Sequence record: OR259390.1
Length of the DNA: 17,155 nt
Source: Staphylococcus phage vB_SauP_ASUmrsa123
Strand: one strand, 5' to 3'
A model generated the notes under the pieces. That model was not told where the DNA came from. It saw only the letters and a program-made list of their open reading frames with translations, and searched no databases. A program made the translations under genes and the position numbers. Shown in pieces: positions 1 through 9,841 of the stretch (positions are counted from its first letter, which is position 1; every line of letters begins with the position of its first letter).

Positions 1-63
1 CCCACCGTTTAAAATAAACGATTATAAAAATCAAAACTTATAAATCAACTTATCATTTCTTTA

Positions 64-237
64 CTAAACTTATAAATACTGTGTAACTTATATTCCACTT
101 ATATAACAACTTACATATTCATATATTATCAACTTATAATTTCTATACTAAAATTATAAATACAGTGCATTACATTATTAACACTTATCTAACCTATTAC
201 ATATTCATCAATTACATTTATTATATATCTATTGACT
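64..237. repeat. Degenerate direct duplication of ~87 bp in the non-coding left leader. It contains multiple ACTTATA(A) motifs, two copies of AAA(C/A)TTATAAATAC(T/A)GTG (about 66-85 and 152-170) and two copies of TTACATATTCAT (about 110-123 and 198-211).
   Basis: Read directly from the sequence. The two motif pairs are each ~86-88 bp apart. No ORF with a ribosome-binding site lies in 1..335, and the region is AT-rich. Confidence 0.55.
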
Positions 238-256
238 TTTATCAAAAGTTATGATT

Positions 257-335
257 TTGACATTTAATAAAAATTAATTTACTTATTTAAATATTCTATG
301 ATATAATTAGTTATAAAATATTTGGAGGTGTCTAA
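257..335 (+). promoter_or_regulatory. Candidate promoter for the rightward structural operon. TTGACA at 257-262. Extended -10 TGaTATAAT at 299-307. RBS GGAGGTG at 324-330, 5 nt before the ATG at 336.
   Basis: Sequence motifs only. The extended -10 is a perfect TGnTATAAT. The TTGACA is ~37 bp upstream of the -10, so spacing is non-canonical; a separate weak -35 may be used or none needed. Confidence 0.45.
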
Positions 336-706
336 ATGACAGAATTTGAGGAAATCGTAAAACCAGACGACAAAGAAGAAAACTTCAGAATCAACTGAAG
401 AATCAACTGAAGAATCAACTGAAGAATCAACTGAAGAATCAACTGAAGATAAAACAGTAGAAACAATCGAAGAGGAAAACGAAAACAAATTAGAACCTAC
501 TACAACAGATGAAGATAGTTCGAAATTTGACCCTGTTGTATTAGGAGCAACGTATTACTTCATTAGAACAACAAGTGACTACTTTTTTATCTTCACAAAT
601 GCAACAACCACAAACACAAACAACACAACCAGATGTTACAGAAGCAGATAAAGAAGATAAAGACTATTCTGATGAAGAATTAGTTGATAAGTTAGATTTA
701 GATTAG
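336..706 (+). CDS. Highly acidic small protein (~123 aa) with an internal (ESTE)x5 repeat and C-terminus ...DYSDEELVDKLDLD. Read in 3 frames in this sequence (ATG at 336 stops at 396-398; repeat frame open 361..651; C-terminal frame 545..706).
   Basis: Strong RBS GGAGGTG plus ATG at 336. Three consecutive open frames with E/D/T/Q-rich composition. The second frame switch falls in the T6 run at 583-588; the first lies between 361 and 396. The negative-strand ORF 279..488 (SSVD repeats) is the shadow of the repeat. Confidence 0.5.
388..447 (+). repeat. Perfect tandem repeat, 5 x 12 bp GAATCAACTGAA, in frame (Glu-Ser-Thr-Glu per unit).
   Basis: Five identical units at 388-399, 400-411, 412-423, 424-435 and 436-447. 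The next unit diverges (GAT...). Confidence 0.95.
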
Positions 707-718
707 GAGGAAAATATT

Positions 719-892
719 ATGTATGAAGGTAACAATATGCGTTCTATGATGGGAACATCATATGAAGATTCAAGATTAAACAAACGAACAGAATTAAATG
801 AAAATATGTCAATTGATGTAAATAAAAGCGAGGATGAGTACGGTGTACAAATTCACTCTCACTTTCAAAACAGTCTTTTAGTGGAGACGTAG
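719..892 (+). CDS. Small 57-aa hypothetical protein immediately upstream of the major head gene (MYEGNNMRSMMGTSYEDSRLNKRTELNENMSIDVNKSEDEYGVQIHSHFQNSLLVET). Possible scaffolding or assembly factor by position.
   Basis: RBS AGGAGG (705-710) 8 nt before the ATG at 719. It is too short for the >=60 aa ORF track. The scaffold role is inferred from position only, by analogy to phi29 gene 7 preceding gene 8. Confidence 0.4.
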   Translation: MYEGNNMRSMMGTSYEDSRLNKRTELNENMSIDVNKSEDEYGVQIHSHFQNSLLVET

Positions 893-909
893 AGGAGGAA
901 TAATAAATT

Positions 910-2136
910 ATGGCACAAGCGAGTACAAAAAATGAAACTGCCCTTTAGTTGCAAAATCTGCAAAATCTGCATTGCAAGATTTTAATCATGATTATTCAAA
1001 ATCTTGGACATTTGGAGACAAATGGGATAATACAAACACAATGTTTGAAACATTTGTAAATAAATATTTATTCCTAAGATTAATGAGACTTTATTAATCG
1101 ATATCGCCTTAGGTAATCGTTTTAATTGGTTAGCTAAAGAACAAGACTTTATTGGTCAATATAGTGAAGAATATGTAATTATGGATACTGTCCCAATCAA
1201 CATGGATTTATCTAAAAAATGAAGAGTTAATGTTAAAACGTAACTATCCACGTATGGCTACTAAGTTATATGGTAGTGGTATTGTTAAGAAACAAAAATT
1301 CACATTAAATAATAATGATACACGTTTCAATTTCCAAACATTAGCAGACGCAACTAATTATGCTTTAGGTGTATATAAAAAGAAAATTTCAGATATTAAT
1401 GTATTAGAAGAAAAAGAAATGCGTGCAATGTTAGTTGATTATTCATTGAATCAATTATCTGATACAAATGTGCGTAAAACAACATCTAAAGAAGATTTAG
1501 CAAGCAAAGTTTTTGAAGCAATTTTAAACTTACAAAAACAACAGTGCTAAATATAATGAGGTTCATCGTGCGTCAGGTGGTGCCATTGGTCAATACACAA
1601 CTGTGTCTAAGTTAAAAGATATTGTTATTTTAACAACAGATTCATTAAAATCTTACCTATTAGATACAAAAATTGCTAACACGTTCCAAATTGCTGGTAT
1701 TGACTTCACAGACCATGTCATTAGCTTTGACGATTTAGGTGGTGTGTATAAAGTAACGAAAGAATTTAAATTACAAAATCAAGATACAATTGACTTTTTA
1801 CGTGCTTACGGGGATTATCAGTCACAAATTGGAGACACAATTCCAGTTGGTGCAGTATTTACTTATGATGTTTCTAAACTTAAAGAGTTTACTGTTAATA
1901 TTGAAGAAATTAAACCAAAATCAGATTTATATGCGTTTATTTTGGATATTAATTCAATTAAATATAAACGTTATACAAAAGGTATGTTAAAACCACCATT
2001 CCATAACCCTGAATTTGATGAAGTTACACACTGGATTCATTACTATTCATTTAAAGCCATTAGTCCATTCTTTAATAAAATTTTAATTACTGACCAAGAA
2101 GTAACACCAAAGCCAGAGGAAGAAGCAACAGAATAA
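910..2136 (+). CDS. Major head (capsid) protein, ~408 aa, frameshifted in this sequence. MAQASTKNETAL at 910 stops after 13 codons. Fragments 1230..1550 and 1603..2136 continue the same protein in other frames.
   Basis: RBS AGAGGAGG 891-898 and ATG at 910. Contiguous coding signal across 3 frames over ~1.2 kb. The position directly upstream of the portal gene and the size match the major head protein of 44AHJD/P68-like phages (assignment from memory of that family, not a search). Confidence 0.7.
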
Positions 2137-2151
2137 AAAGGAGCGTAAAAT

Positions 2152-3126
2152 ATGAACAACGATAAAAGAGGTTTAAACGTTGAATTATCAAAAGAAATCA
2201 ACAAAAGAGTTGTTGAACATCGCAACAGATTTAAACGTCTTATGTTTAATCGTTATTTGGAATTTTTACCGCTACTTATAAACTATACCAATCGTGACAC
2301 GGTTGGTATAGATTTTATACAGTTAGAGTCTGCATTAAGGCAAAATATTAATGTAGTTGTTGGAGAAGCTAGAAATAAACAAATTATGATACTTGGTTAT
2401 GTAAATAATACTTATTTTAATCAAGCACCAAATTTTTCATCAAACTTTAATTTCCAATTTCAAAAACGATTAACAAAAGAAGATATTTATTTTATTGTAC
2501 CTGACTATTTAATACCAGATGAATGCTTACAAATTCATAAACAATATGATAACTGTATGAGTGGTAATTTTGTTGTTATGCAAAATAAACCTATACAATA
2601 TAATAGTGATATTGAAATTATAGAGCATTATACAGATGAATTAGCAGAAGTAGTTTTATCTCGTTTTTCATTGATTATGCAAGCTAAATTTAGCAAGATA
2701 TTTAAATCTGAAATTAATGATGAGTCAATAAATCAACTTGTATCAGAAATATATAACGGTGCGCCGTTTGTTAAAATGTCCCCTATGTTCAATGCTGATG
2801 ATGATATTATTGACTTAACAAGTAATAGTGTGATACCTGCTTTAACAGAAATGAAAAGAGAATACCAAAATAAAATTAGTGAATTAAGTAACTATTTAGG
2901 TATTAACTCTTTAGCTGTTGATAAAGAAAGTGGTGTTTCTGATGAAGAAGCAAAAAGTAATCGTGGTTTTACAACATCAAATAGTAACATTTATTTAAAA
3001 GGTCGAGAACCTATTACGTTTTTATCAAAACGTTATGGTTTAGATATTAAACCGTATTATGATGATGAAACAACGTCTAAAATATCAATGGTAGATACAC
3101 TTTTAAAGATGAAAGCAGTGATATAA
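2152..3126 (+). CDS. Portal / upper collar (connector) protein, 324 aa, intact.
   Basis: Intact ORF with RBS AAAGGAG 2138-2144. Size and position (between head protein and lower collar) as in phi29-like podoviruses (phi29 gp10 analogue). Confidence 0.75.
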   Translation: MNNDKRGLNVELSKEINKRVVEHRNRFKRLMFNRYLEFLPLLINYTNRDTVGIDFIQLESALRQNINVVVGEARNKQIMILGYVNNTYFNQAPNFSSNFNFQFQKRLTKEDIYFIVPDYLIPDECLQIHKQYDNCMSGNFVVMQNKPIQYNSDIEIIEHYTDELAEVVLSRFSLIMQAKFSKIFKSEINDESINQLVSEIYNGAPFVKMSPMFNADDDIIDLTSNSVIPALTEMKREYQNKISELSNYLGINSLAVDKESGVSDEEAKSNRGFTTSNSNIYLKGREPITFLSKRYGLDIKPYYDDETTSKISMVDTLLKMKAVI

Positions 3127-3884
3127 ATGGCTAGATATACAATGACTTTATATGATTTTATTAAATCAGAATTGATAAAAAAAAGGTTTCAATGAATTTG
3201 TAAATGATAATAAATTAACTTTTTATGATGACGAGTTTCAATTTATGCAAAAAATGTTGAAATTTGACAAAGACGTTTTAGCAATCGTTAATGAAAAAGT
3301 ATTTAAAGGTTTTTCATTGAAAGATGAGTTATCAGATTTACTTTTAAAAAAATCATTTACGATTCATTTTTTAGATAGAGAAATCAACAGACAAACTGTT
3401 GAGGCATTTGGTATGCAAGTTATTACTGTATGTATTACACATGAGGATTATTTAAATGTGGTATATTCATCAAGTGAAGTCGAAAAAATATCTACAAGCG
3501 CAAGGGTATACAGAACACAATGAAGATACAATAAGTAACACTGATGAAACATCGAATCAAAATGCGACATCTTTAGACAATTCAACTGGCATGTCTGCAA
3601 ACAGAAACGCTTATGCTTCATTACCTCAAAGTGAGGTTAATATCGATGTTGATAATACAACATTACAATTTGCAGATAATAATACGATTGATAATGGTAA
3701 AACAGTTAATAAATCAAGTAATGAAAGCAATCAAAATGCAAAACGTAATCAAAATCAAAAAGGTAATGCAAAAGGAACACAATTCACAAAGCAGTATTTA
3801 ATTGATAACATTGATAAAGCGTATGATTTAAGAAAGAAAATTTTAAATGAATTTGATAAAAAATGTTTTTTACAAATATGGTAA
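3127..3884 (+). CDS. Lower collar protein (~252 aa), frameshifted. The ATG at 3127 overlaps the portal stop. The frame breaks near the A-homopolymer at 3176-3184 and again at ~3460-3520. The C-terminal part is an N/Q/S/T-rich low-complexity region.
   Basis: MARYTMTLYDFIKSELIKKRFQ stops at 3192-3194 (tga) just after the poly-A run. ORFs 3245..3523 and 3456..3884 continue. Position matches phi29 gp11-like lower collar. Confidence 0.6.
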
Positions 3885-3897
3885 AGGTGGTTAAATA

Positions 3898-5840
3898 ATG
3901 GCATTTAATGAAAATGATTTTAAATATTTTGATGACATCCGTCCTTTTATAGACGAAATATATAAAACAAGAGAAAGATATACACCGTTTTACGATGATA
4001 GAGCAGATTATAATACAAATTCAAAATCTTATTATGATTACTTATCAAAGTTATCACGTTTAATTGAAGTATTAGCACGTCGTATTTGGGAATATGATGA
4101 TGAACTTAAAAAACGTTTTAAAAATTGGGATGACTTAATGAAAGCATTCCCAGACCAAGCGAAAGACTTATTTAGAGGTTGGTTAAACGATGGTACGATT
4201 GATAACATCATTCATGATGAGTTTAAAAAATATAGTGCAGGATTAACATCGGCATTTGCTTTATTTAAAGTTACTGAAATGAAACAAATGAATGACTTTA
4301 AAGCAGAAGTTAAAGACTTAATTAAAGACATTGACCTTTTCGTTAATGGCTTTGAATTAAATGAGCTTGAACCAAAGTTTGTGATGGGCTTTGGTGGTAT
4401 TCGTAACGCAGTTAACCAATCTATTAATATCGATAAAGAAACAAATCACATGTACTCTACACAATCCGATTCTCAAAAACCTGAAGGTTTTTGGATAAAC
4501 AAATTAACGCCTAGTGGTGACTTAATTTCAAGCATGCGTATTGTACAGGGTGGTCATGGTACAACAATCGGATTAGAACGTCAATCCAACGGAGAAATGA
4601 AAATATGGTTACATCATGATGGTGTAGCAAAGCTTTTACAAGTTGCATATAAAGATAATTATGTATTAGATTTAGAAGAAGCAAAAAGGATTAACAGATT
4701 ATACACCACAGTCACTTTTAAACAAACATTCATTTACACCGTTAATTGATGAAGCAAATGACAAACTCGTTTTAAGATTCGGTGACGGCACGATACAGGT
4801 GCGTTCAAGAGCAGACGTAAAAAATCACATCGATAATGTAGAAAAAGAAATGACGATTGATAATTCAGAAAACAATGATAATCGTTGGATGCAAGGCATT
4901 GCTGTTGACGGTGATGATTTATACTGGTTAAGTGGTAACAGTTCAGTTAATTCACACGTTCAAATTGGTAAATATTCATTAACAACAGGTCAAAAGATTT
5001 ATGATTATCCGTTTAAATTATCATATCAAGACGGTATTAACTTCCACGTGATAATTTTAAAGAGCCTGAGGGTATTTGTATTTATACTAATCCAAAAAAC
5101 AAAACGTAAATCATTATTACTTGCTATGACTAATGGCGGTGGTGGAAAACGTTTCAATAATTTATATGGTTTCTTCCAACTTGGAGAATATGAACATTTT
5201 GAAGCATTACGCGCAAGAGGTGCACAAAACTATAAATTAACAAAAGACGACGGGCGTGCATTATCTATTCCAGACCATATCGACGACTTAAACGATTTAA
5301 CGCAAGCTGGTTTTTATTATATTGACGGTGGTACTGCAGAAAAACTAAAAACATGCCTACAAATGGTAGTAAACGTATTATTGACGCTGGTTGTTTCATT
5401 AACGTATACCCTACAACACAAACATTAGGTACTGTACAAGAATTAACACGTTTCTCAACAGGTCGTAAAATGGTTAAAATGATACGTGGAATGACATTAG
5501 ACGTATTTACATTAAAATGGGATTATGGTTTATGGTCAACAATCAAAACAGACGCACCATATCAAGAATATTTAGAAGCAAGTCAATATAATAACTGGAT
5601 ATCTTACGTTACGACACCTGGTGAATATTATATTACAGGCAATCAAATGGAATTGTTTAGAGACGCACCAGATGAAATTAAAAAGTGGGTGCATGGTTAC
5701 GTGTTTCAAGTGGTAACGCTGTCGGTGAAGTAAGGCAAACACTAGAAGCTAATGTTTCCGAATATAAAGAATTTTTCAGTAATGTTAATTCAGAAACAAA
5801 ACATCGTGAATATAATTGGGTAGCAAAACATCAAAAATAG
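3898..5840 (+). CDS. Tail fibre / receptor-binding protein (~647 aa), frameshifted into at least 5 segments (3898..4749, ~4750..5060, ~5040..5350, 5353..5733, 5700..5840).
   Basis: RBS AAAGGTGG before the ATG at 3898. Continuous coding signal in alternating frames. Alternative-frame readings through the ORF-track stops give sensible protein (e.g. ...NFPRDNFKEPEGICIYTNPK... across 5040-5100). Total length is typical for the P68-type tail fibre. Confidence 0.6.
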
Positions 5841-5851
5841 GAGTTATATAA

Positions 5852-6598
5852 ATGAAATCACAACAACAAGCAAAAGAATGGATATATAAACATGAGGGTA
5901 CTGGTGTTGACTTTGATGGTGCATATGGTTTTCAATGTATGGACTTAGCTGTTGCTTATGTATATTACATTACAGACGGTAAAGTTCGTATGTGGGGTAA
6001 CGCCAAAGACGCTATTAATAATGACTTTAAAGGTTTAGCAACGGTGTATGAAAATACACCGAGCTTTAAACCTCAATTAGGTGACGTTGCTGTTTATATT
6101 AATTCTCAATATGGTCATATCAATGTGTAACAAGTGGTAATTTAGATTATTATACATGCTTAGAGCAAAACTGGTTAGGTGGAGGTTTTGACGGTTGGGA
6201 AAAGCAACAATCAGAACACATTATTATGATGGTGTTACACATTTCATTCGTCCTAAATTTTCAGACAGTAATAGTCAAGTATTAGAACAAAAAATTCAAG
6301 AAACAAATTCATGGAATAAAAATCAATATGGTACATTATATAATTCTGAAAATGGTACATTTACATGTGGTTTTTACCAATATTTGCACGTGTTGGAAGT
6401 CCTAAATTAAGTGAACCGAATGGTTATTGGTTCCAACCAAACGGGTATACACCATATGATGAGGTTTGTTTATCCGATGGACTAGTGTGGATTGGTTATA
6501 ATTGGCAAGGCACACGTTATTATTTACCAGTGAGACAATGGAACGGTAAAACAGGTAATAGTTATAGCATTGGTTTACCCTGGGGGGTGTTCTCATAA
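5852..6598 (+). CDS. Endolysin with N-terminal CHAP domain and C-terminal SH3b-like cell-wall-binding domain (~249 aa), split into 3 frames (5852..6130, 6195..6410, 6365..6598).
   Basis: CHAP hallmarks: ...GFQCMDLAVAY... (catalytic Cys) and ...VYINSQYGHI... (His). C-terminal ...NGYWFQPNGYTPYDEVCLSDGLVWIGYNWQGTRYYLPVRQWNG... is an SH3_5-type wall-binding domain. RBS TAGGAG before the ATG at 5852. Confidence 0.85.
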
Positions 6599-6659
6599 TG
6601 GGTATTTTAGGTTTTTCTTTGAGTTTAGTTGGAAAAGATACAAATAAGAGGTGTAAAAT

Positions 6660-7591
6660 ATGGCTGATAGAATCGTAAGAAGTTTAAGGGGTATTGATTC
6701 AGTAGATAAGTTAAACGACAATTTAGTAGAAGCAAATGACTTAATTACAACTAAAGACGATAACATATATATAAGACGTGATGAGGATTATTATAAGTTA
6801 ACCTTTAAAGATGAATTATTAGAAAAAATTAATACAAACACAAATTCAATTGATAAAAATAAAAATGATATCGCTACAAAATAAAAACAATATATCTCAA
6901 AATGCAACAGATATTATTCATATTAAAGAGGATAATATACAACAAGATAAAAATTAAAAATTTATCTGATACACAATCAAGAACATACAAATAAAATAAA
7001 CAATCACGATGACGCTATTTTGTTATTAGATGATGAAAATACAAAAAACAAATTAGCAATTGAAACGAATAAACAAGATATCATCGCTACAAAAGAAACA
7101 ATCGGACAAAATAAACAAAGTATAGAAAATTTAGCTTCAACGGTTTCAAACAACTTACAATTGAAACAAGTAAAAAAATCGAATCAACTAAAACAGAATT
7201 AATAGATAAAATTAACAATTCCAAAAACAAATGTAATTGATACAGGTTGGCAAGATATAACATTAGAAAGTGGTATTACTGCAAGTGATTCAAGTGGTGG
7301 TTATCCTTCTCCGCAATACCGTATTATTACAATTAATAATATTCGTACAATACAAATAAGAGGGTATTAAAAGGAATTAAGAAAAACGGAGATATTAAAT
7401 TAGGTAGTATTAATGCTAATTTAAAAACAACACATCACTATACACAATGTGCTATTGATACAAAAATGATAAATACAAGAATGTATTTAAATTTTAACAA
7501 CGAATTACATTTTGTTACATCATCGTATCAAGATAGTGAATTAACAAATGGTGATAAACGTTTTGTAATAGATACACAAATCATTGAATAA
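6660..7591 (+). CDS. Fibre-like structural protein (~310 aa). The N-terminal coiled-coil region carries repeated NK(N/Q)DI(I)ATK motifs and the C-terminal region is beta-rich. It is the most heavily disrupted gene in the window, with >=6 frame changes.
   Basis: RBS AGAGGTG 6647-6653 and ATG at 6660. Segments 6660..6884, 6885..6956, 6957..7202, ~7150-7245 and 7203-7370 then join to 7591 in different frames; each is open and compositionally coherent. The identity (head fibre vs tail appendage) is uncertain. Confidence 0.4.
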
Positions 7592-7601
7592 AAATGATAT
7601 A

Positions 7602-7637
7602 ATAGTCGTATAAATAATTTATACGACTATTTTTTAT
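7602..7637 (+). terminator. Rho-independent terminator or attenuator inside the late operon. Stem ATAGTCGTAT / ATACGACTAT (10 bp) at 7602-7611 and 7621-7630, 9-nt loop, then TTTTTAT.
   Basis: Perfect 10-bp inverted repeat followed by a T5 run, 11 nt after the stop of the preceding gene and just before the RBS of the tail-knob gene. Confidence 0.6.
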
Positions 7638-7648
7638 GGAGGTAAAAA

Positions 7649-9410
7649 ATGAGAAAATTAACAAATTTTAAGTTTTTCTATAACACACCGTTTACAGACT
7701 ATCAAAATACAATTCATTTTAATAGTAATAAAGAACGTGATGATTATTTTTAAACGGTCGTCATTTTAAATCTTTAGACTATTCAAAACAACCGTATAAT
7801 TTTATTCGTGATAGAATGGAAATTAATGTTGATTTGCAGTGGCATGACGCACAAGGGATTAACTATATGACGTTTTTATCAGATTTTGAGGACAGACGTT
7901 ATTATGCTTTTGTGAATCAAATCGAATATGTGAATGATGTTGTGGTTAAAATATATTTTGTGATTGATACTATTATGACGTACACGCAAGGTAATGTATT
8001 AGAGCAACTCTCAAACGTTAATATTGAACGTCAACACTTATCAAAACGCACGTATAACTATATGTTACCAATGTTACGTAACAATGATGATGTGTTAAAA
8101 GTAACGAATAAAAACTATGTGTATAACCAAATGCAACAGTATTTGGAAAAATTTAGTGTTATTCCAGTCAAGCGCTGATTTATCAAAGAAATTTGGTACG
8201 AAAAAAAGAGCCAAACTTAGATACGTCTAAGGGTACGATATATGACAATATCACATCACCAGTCAACTTATACGTTATGGAATATGGTGACTTTATTAAC
8301 TTTATGGATAAAATGAGTGCATATCCATGGATTACACAAAACTTTCAAAAAGGTTCAAATGTTACCTAAAGACTTTATTAATACAAAAGATTTAGAGGAC
8401 GTTAAAACAAGTGAAAAAAATTACTGGATTAAAGACGCTAAAACAAGGTGGAAAATCAAAAGAATGGAGTTTAAACGATTTATCATTAAGTTTCACAAAG
8501 CTTCAAGAAATGATGTTGTCTAAAAAGACGAGTTTAAACATATGATACGTAATGAGTACATGACGATTGAATTTTACGATTGGAACGGGAATACGATGTT
8601 ACTCGACGCTGGTAAGATTTCTCACAAAAAACAGGTGTTAAGTTACGTACAAAGTCAATCATTGGTTATCATAATGAAGTGCGAGTTTATCCAGTAGATT
8701 ATAACAGTGCTGAAAATGATAGACCGATACTTTCTAAAAATAAAGATATATTAATTGATACAGGTTCATTCTTAAATACAAATATAACATTTAATAGTTT
8801 TGCGCAAGTACCTATATTAATTAATAACGGAATTTTAGGGCAATCACAACAAGCTAATAGACAGCGTAATGCAGAAAGTCAATTAATCACAAGTCGTATA
8901 GATAATGTATTAAATGGTAGTGACCCCGAAATCACGTTTTATGACGCTGTAAAGTGTAGCAAGTAATTTAAGTCCAACTGCTTTATTTGGTAAGTTTAAT
9001 GAAGAATATAATTTCTACAAACAACAACAAGCAGAATATAAAGATTTAGCATTACAACCACCATCAGTGACTGAATCAGAAATGGGAAACGCATTCCAAA
9101 TTGCAAACAGTATTAACGGTTTAACGATGAAAATTAGTGTACCGTCACCTAAAGAAATTACATTTTTACAAAAATATTATATGTTGTTTGGTTTTTGAAG
9201 TAGAATGACTATAATTCATTTATTGAACCAATTAACAGTATGACTGTTTGCAACTATTTAAAATGTACAGGTACGTATACTATACGTGACATTGACCCCA
9301 TGTTAATGGAGCAATTAAAAGCAATTTTAGAATCGGGTGTGAGATTTTGGCATAATGACGGTTCAGGTAATCCAATGTTACAAAATCCATTAAATAATAA
9401 ATTTAGATAG
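7649..9410 (+). CDS. Tail knob protein (phi29 gp9-like, ~587 aa), frameshifted into many segments (e.g. 7649..7753, 7816..8178, 8317..8523, 8679..8966, ...9410).
   Basis: The N-terminus MRKLTNFKFFYNTPFTDYQNTIHFNSNKERDDYF and the following ...RRYYAFVNQIEYVNDVVVKIYFVIDTIMTY resemble the conserved N-terminal region of phi29 gp9 (…NDYKNTRWFTS…[32 protein letters not shown]…). RBS GGAGG 7638-7642. Coding signal continues in alternating frames to 9410. Confidence 0.65.
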
Positions 9411-9421
9411 GAGTTTTAATT

Positions 9422-9841
9422 TTGAATGAAGTAAAAGTAAGATTTACAGATACAGAAGCATTTCATATGTTTATTTATGCAGGAGATTTAAAATTATTAT
9501 ATTTCTTATTTGTATTAATGTTTATCGACATTATTACAGGTATAGCAAAAGCCATTAAGAATAATAATTTATGGTCAAAGAAATCTATGAAAGGGTTTGC
9601 TAAAAAATTACTCATTTTTTGTATTATTATACTAGCAAATATCATTGACCAAATTTTACAATTAAAAGGTGGGTTACTCATGATAACGATATTCTATTAT
9701 ATCGCAAATGAGGGCTTATCTATTGTTGAAAATTGTGCAGAAATGGATGTATTAGTGCCAGAACAAATTAAAGATAAATTAAGTGTAATTAAAAATGATT
9801 CTGAAAAGAGTGATAATAATGAACGACCAAGAGAAGATTGA
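9422..9841 (+). CDS. Holin, 139 aa, intact, phi29 gp14-like class with predicted transmembrane segments. Likely TTG start.
   Basis: Hydrophobic helices LKLLYFLFVLMFIDIITGIAKAI, LLIFCIIILANIIDQIL and GGLLMITIFYYIANEGL, followed by a charged C-terminal tail (…SEKSDNNERPRED). RBS TAGGAG 9407-9412, 9 nt before TTG at 9422. Confidence 0.75.
   Translation: MNEVKVRFTDTEAFHMFIYAGDLKLLYFLFVLMFIDIITGIAKAIKNNNLWSKKSMKGFAKKLLIFCIIILANIIDQILQLKGGLLMITIFYYIANEGLSIVENCAEMDVLVPEQIKDKLSVIKNDSEKSDNNERPRED

Noticed and set aside
279-488. 69-aa negative-strand ORF with SSVDSSVD repeats
   Set aside because: It is the antisense shadow of the 12-bp tandem repeat inside the + strand acidic-protein gene. It has no RBS and runs backwards through the promoter region.
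1790-2225. ORFs 1790..1990 (+) and 2043..2225 (-) overlapping the capsid and portal genes
   Set aside because: They are alternative-frame or antisense ORFs inside well-supported genes, with hydrophobic low-complexity translations typical of AT-rich off-frame reading.
3613-3801. 62-aa + strand ORF inside the lower-collar gene
   Set aside because: It is an off-frame overlap within the lower-collar coding region, with no independent start signal.
6402-6596. 64-aa negative-strand ORF antisense to the endolysin SH3b region
   Set aside because: It is antisense to a strongly supported domain and has no RBS.
9475-9681. 68-aa negative-strand ORF antisense to the holin
   Set aside because: It is a shadow ORF, and the holin reading is far better supported by its TM pattern and RBS.
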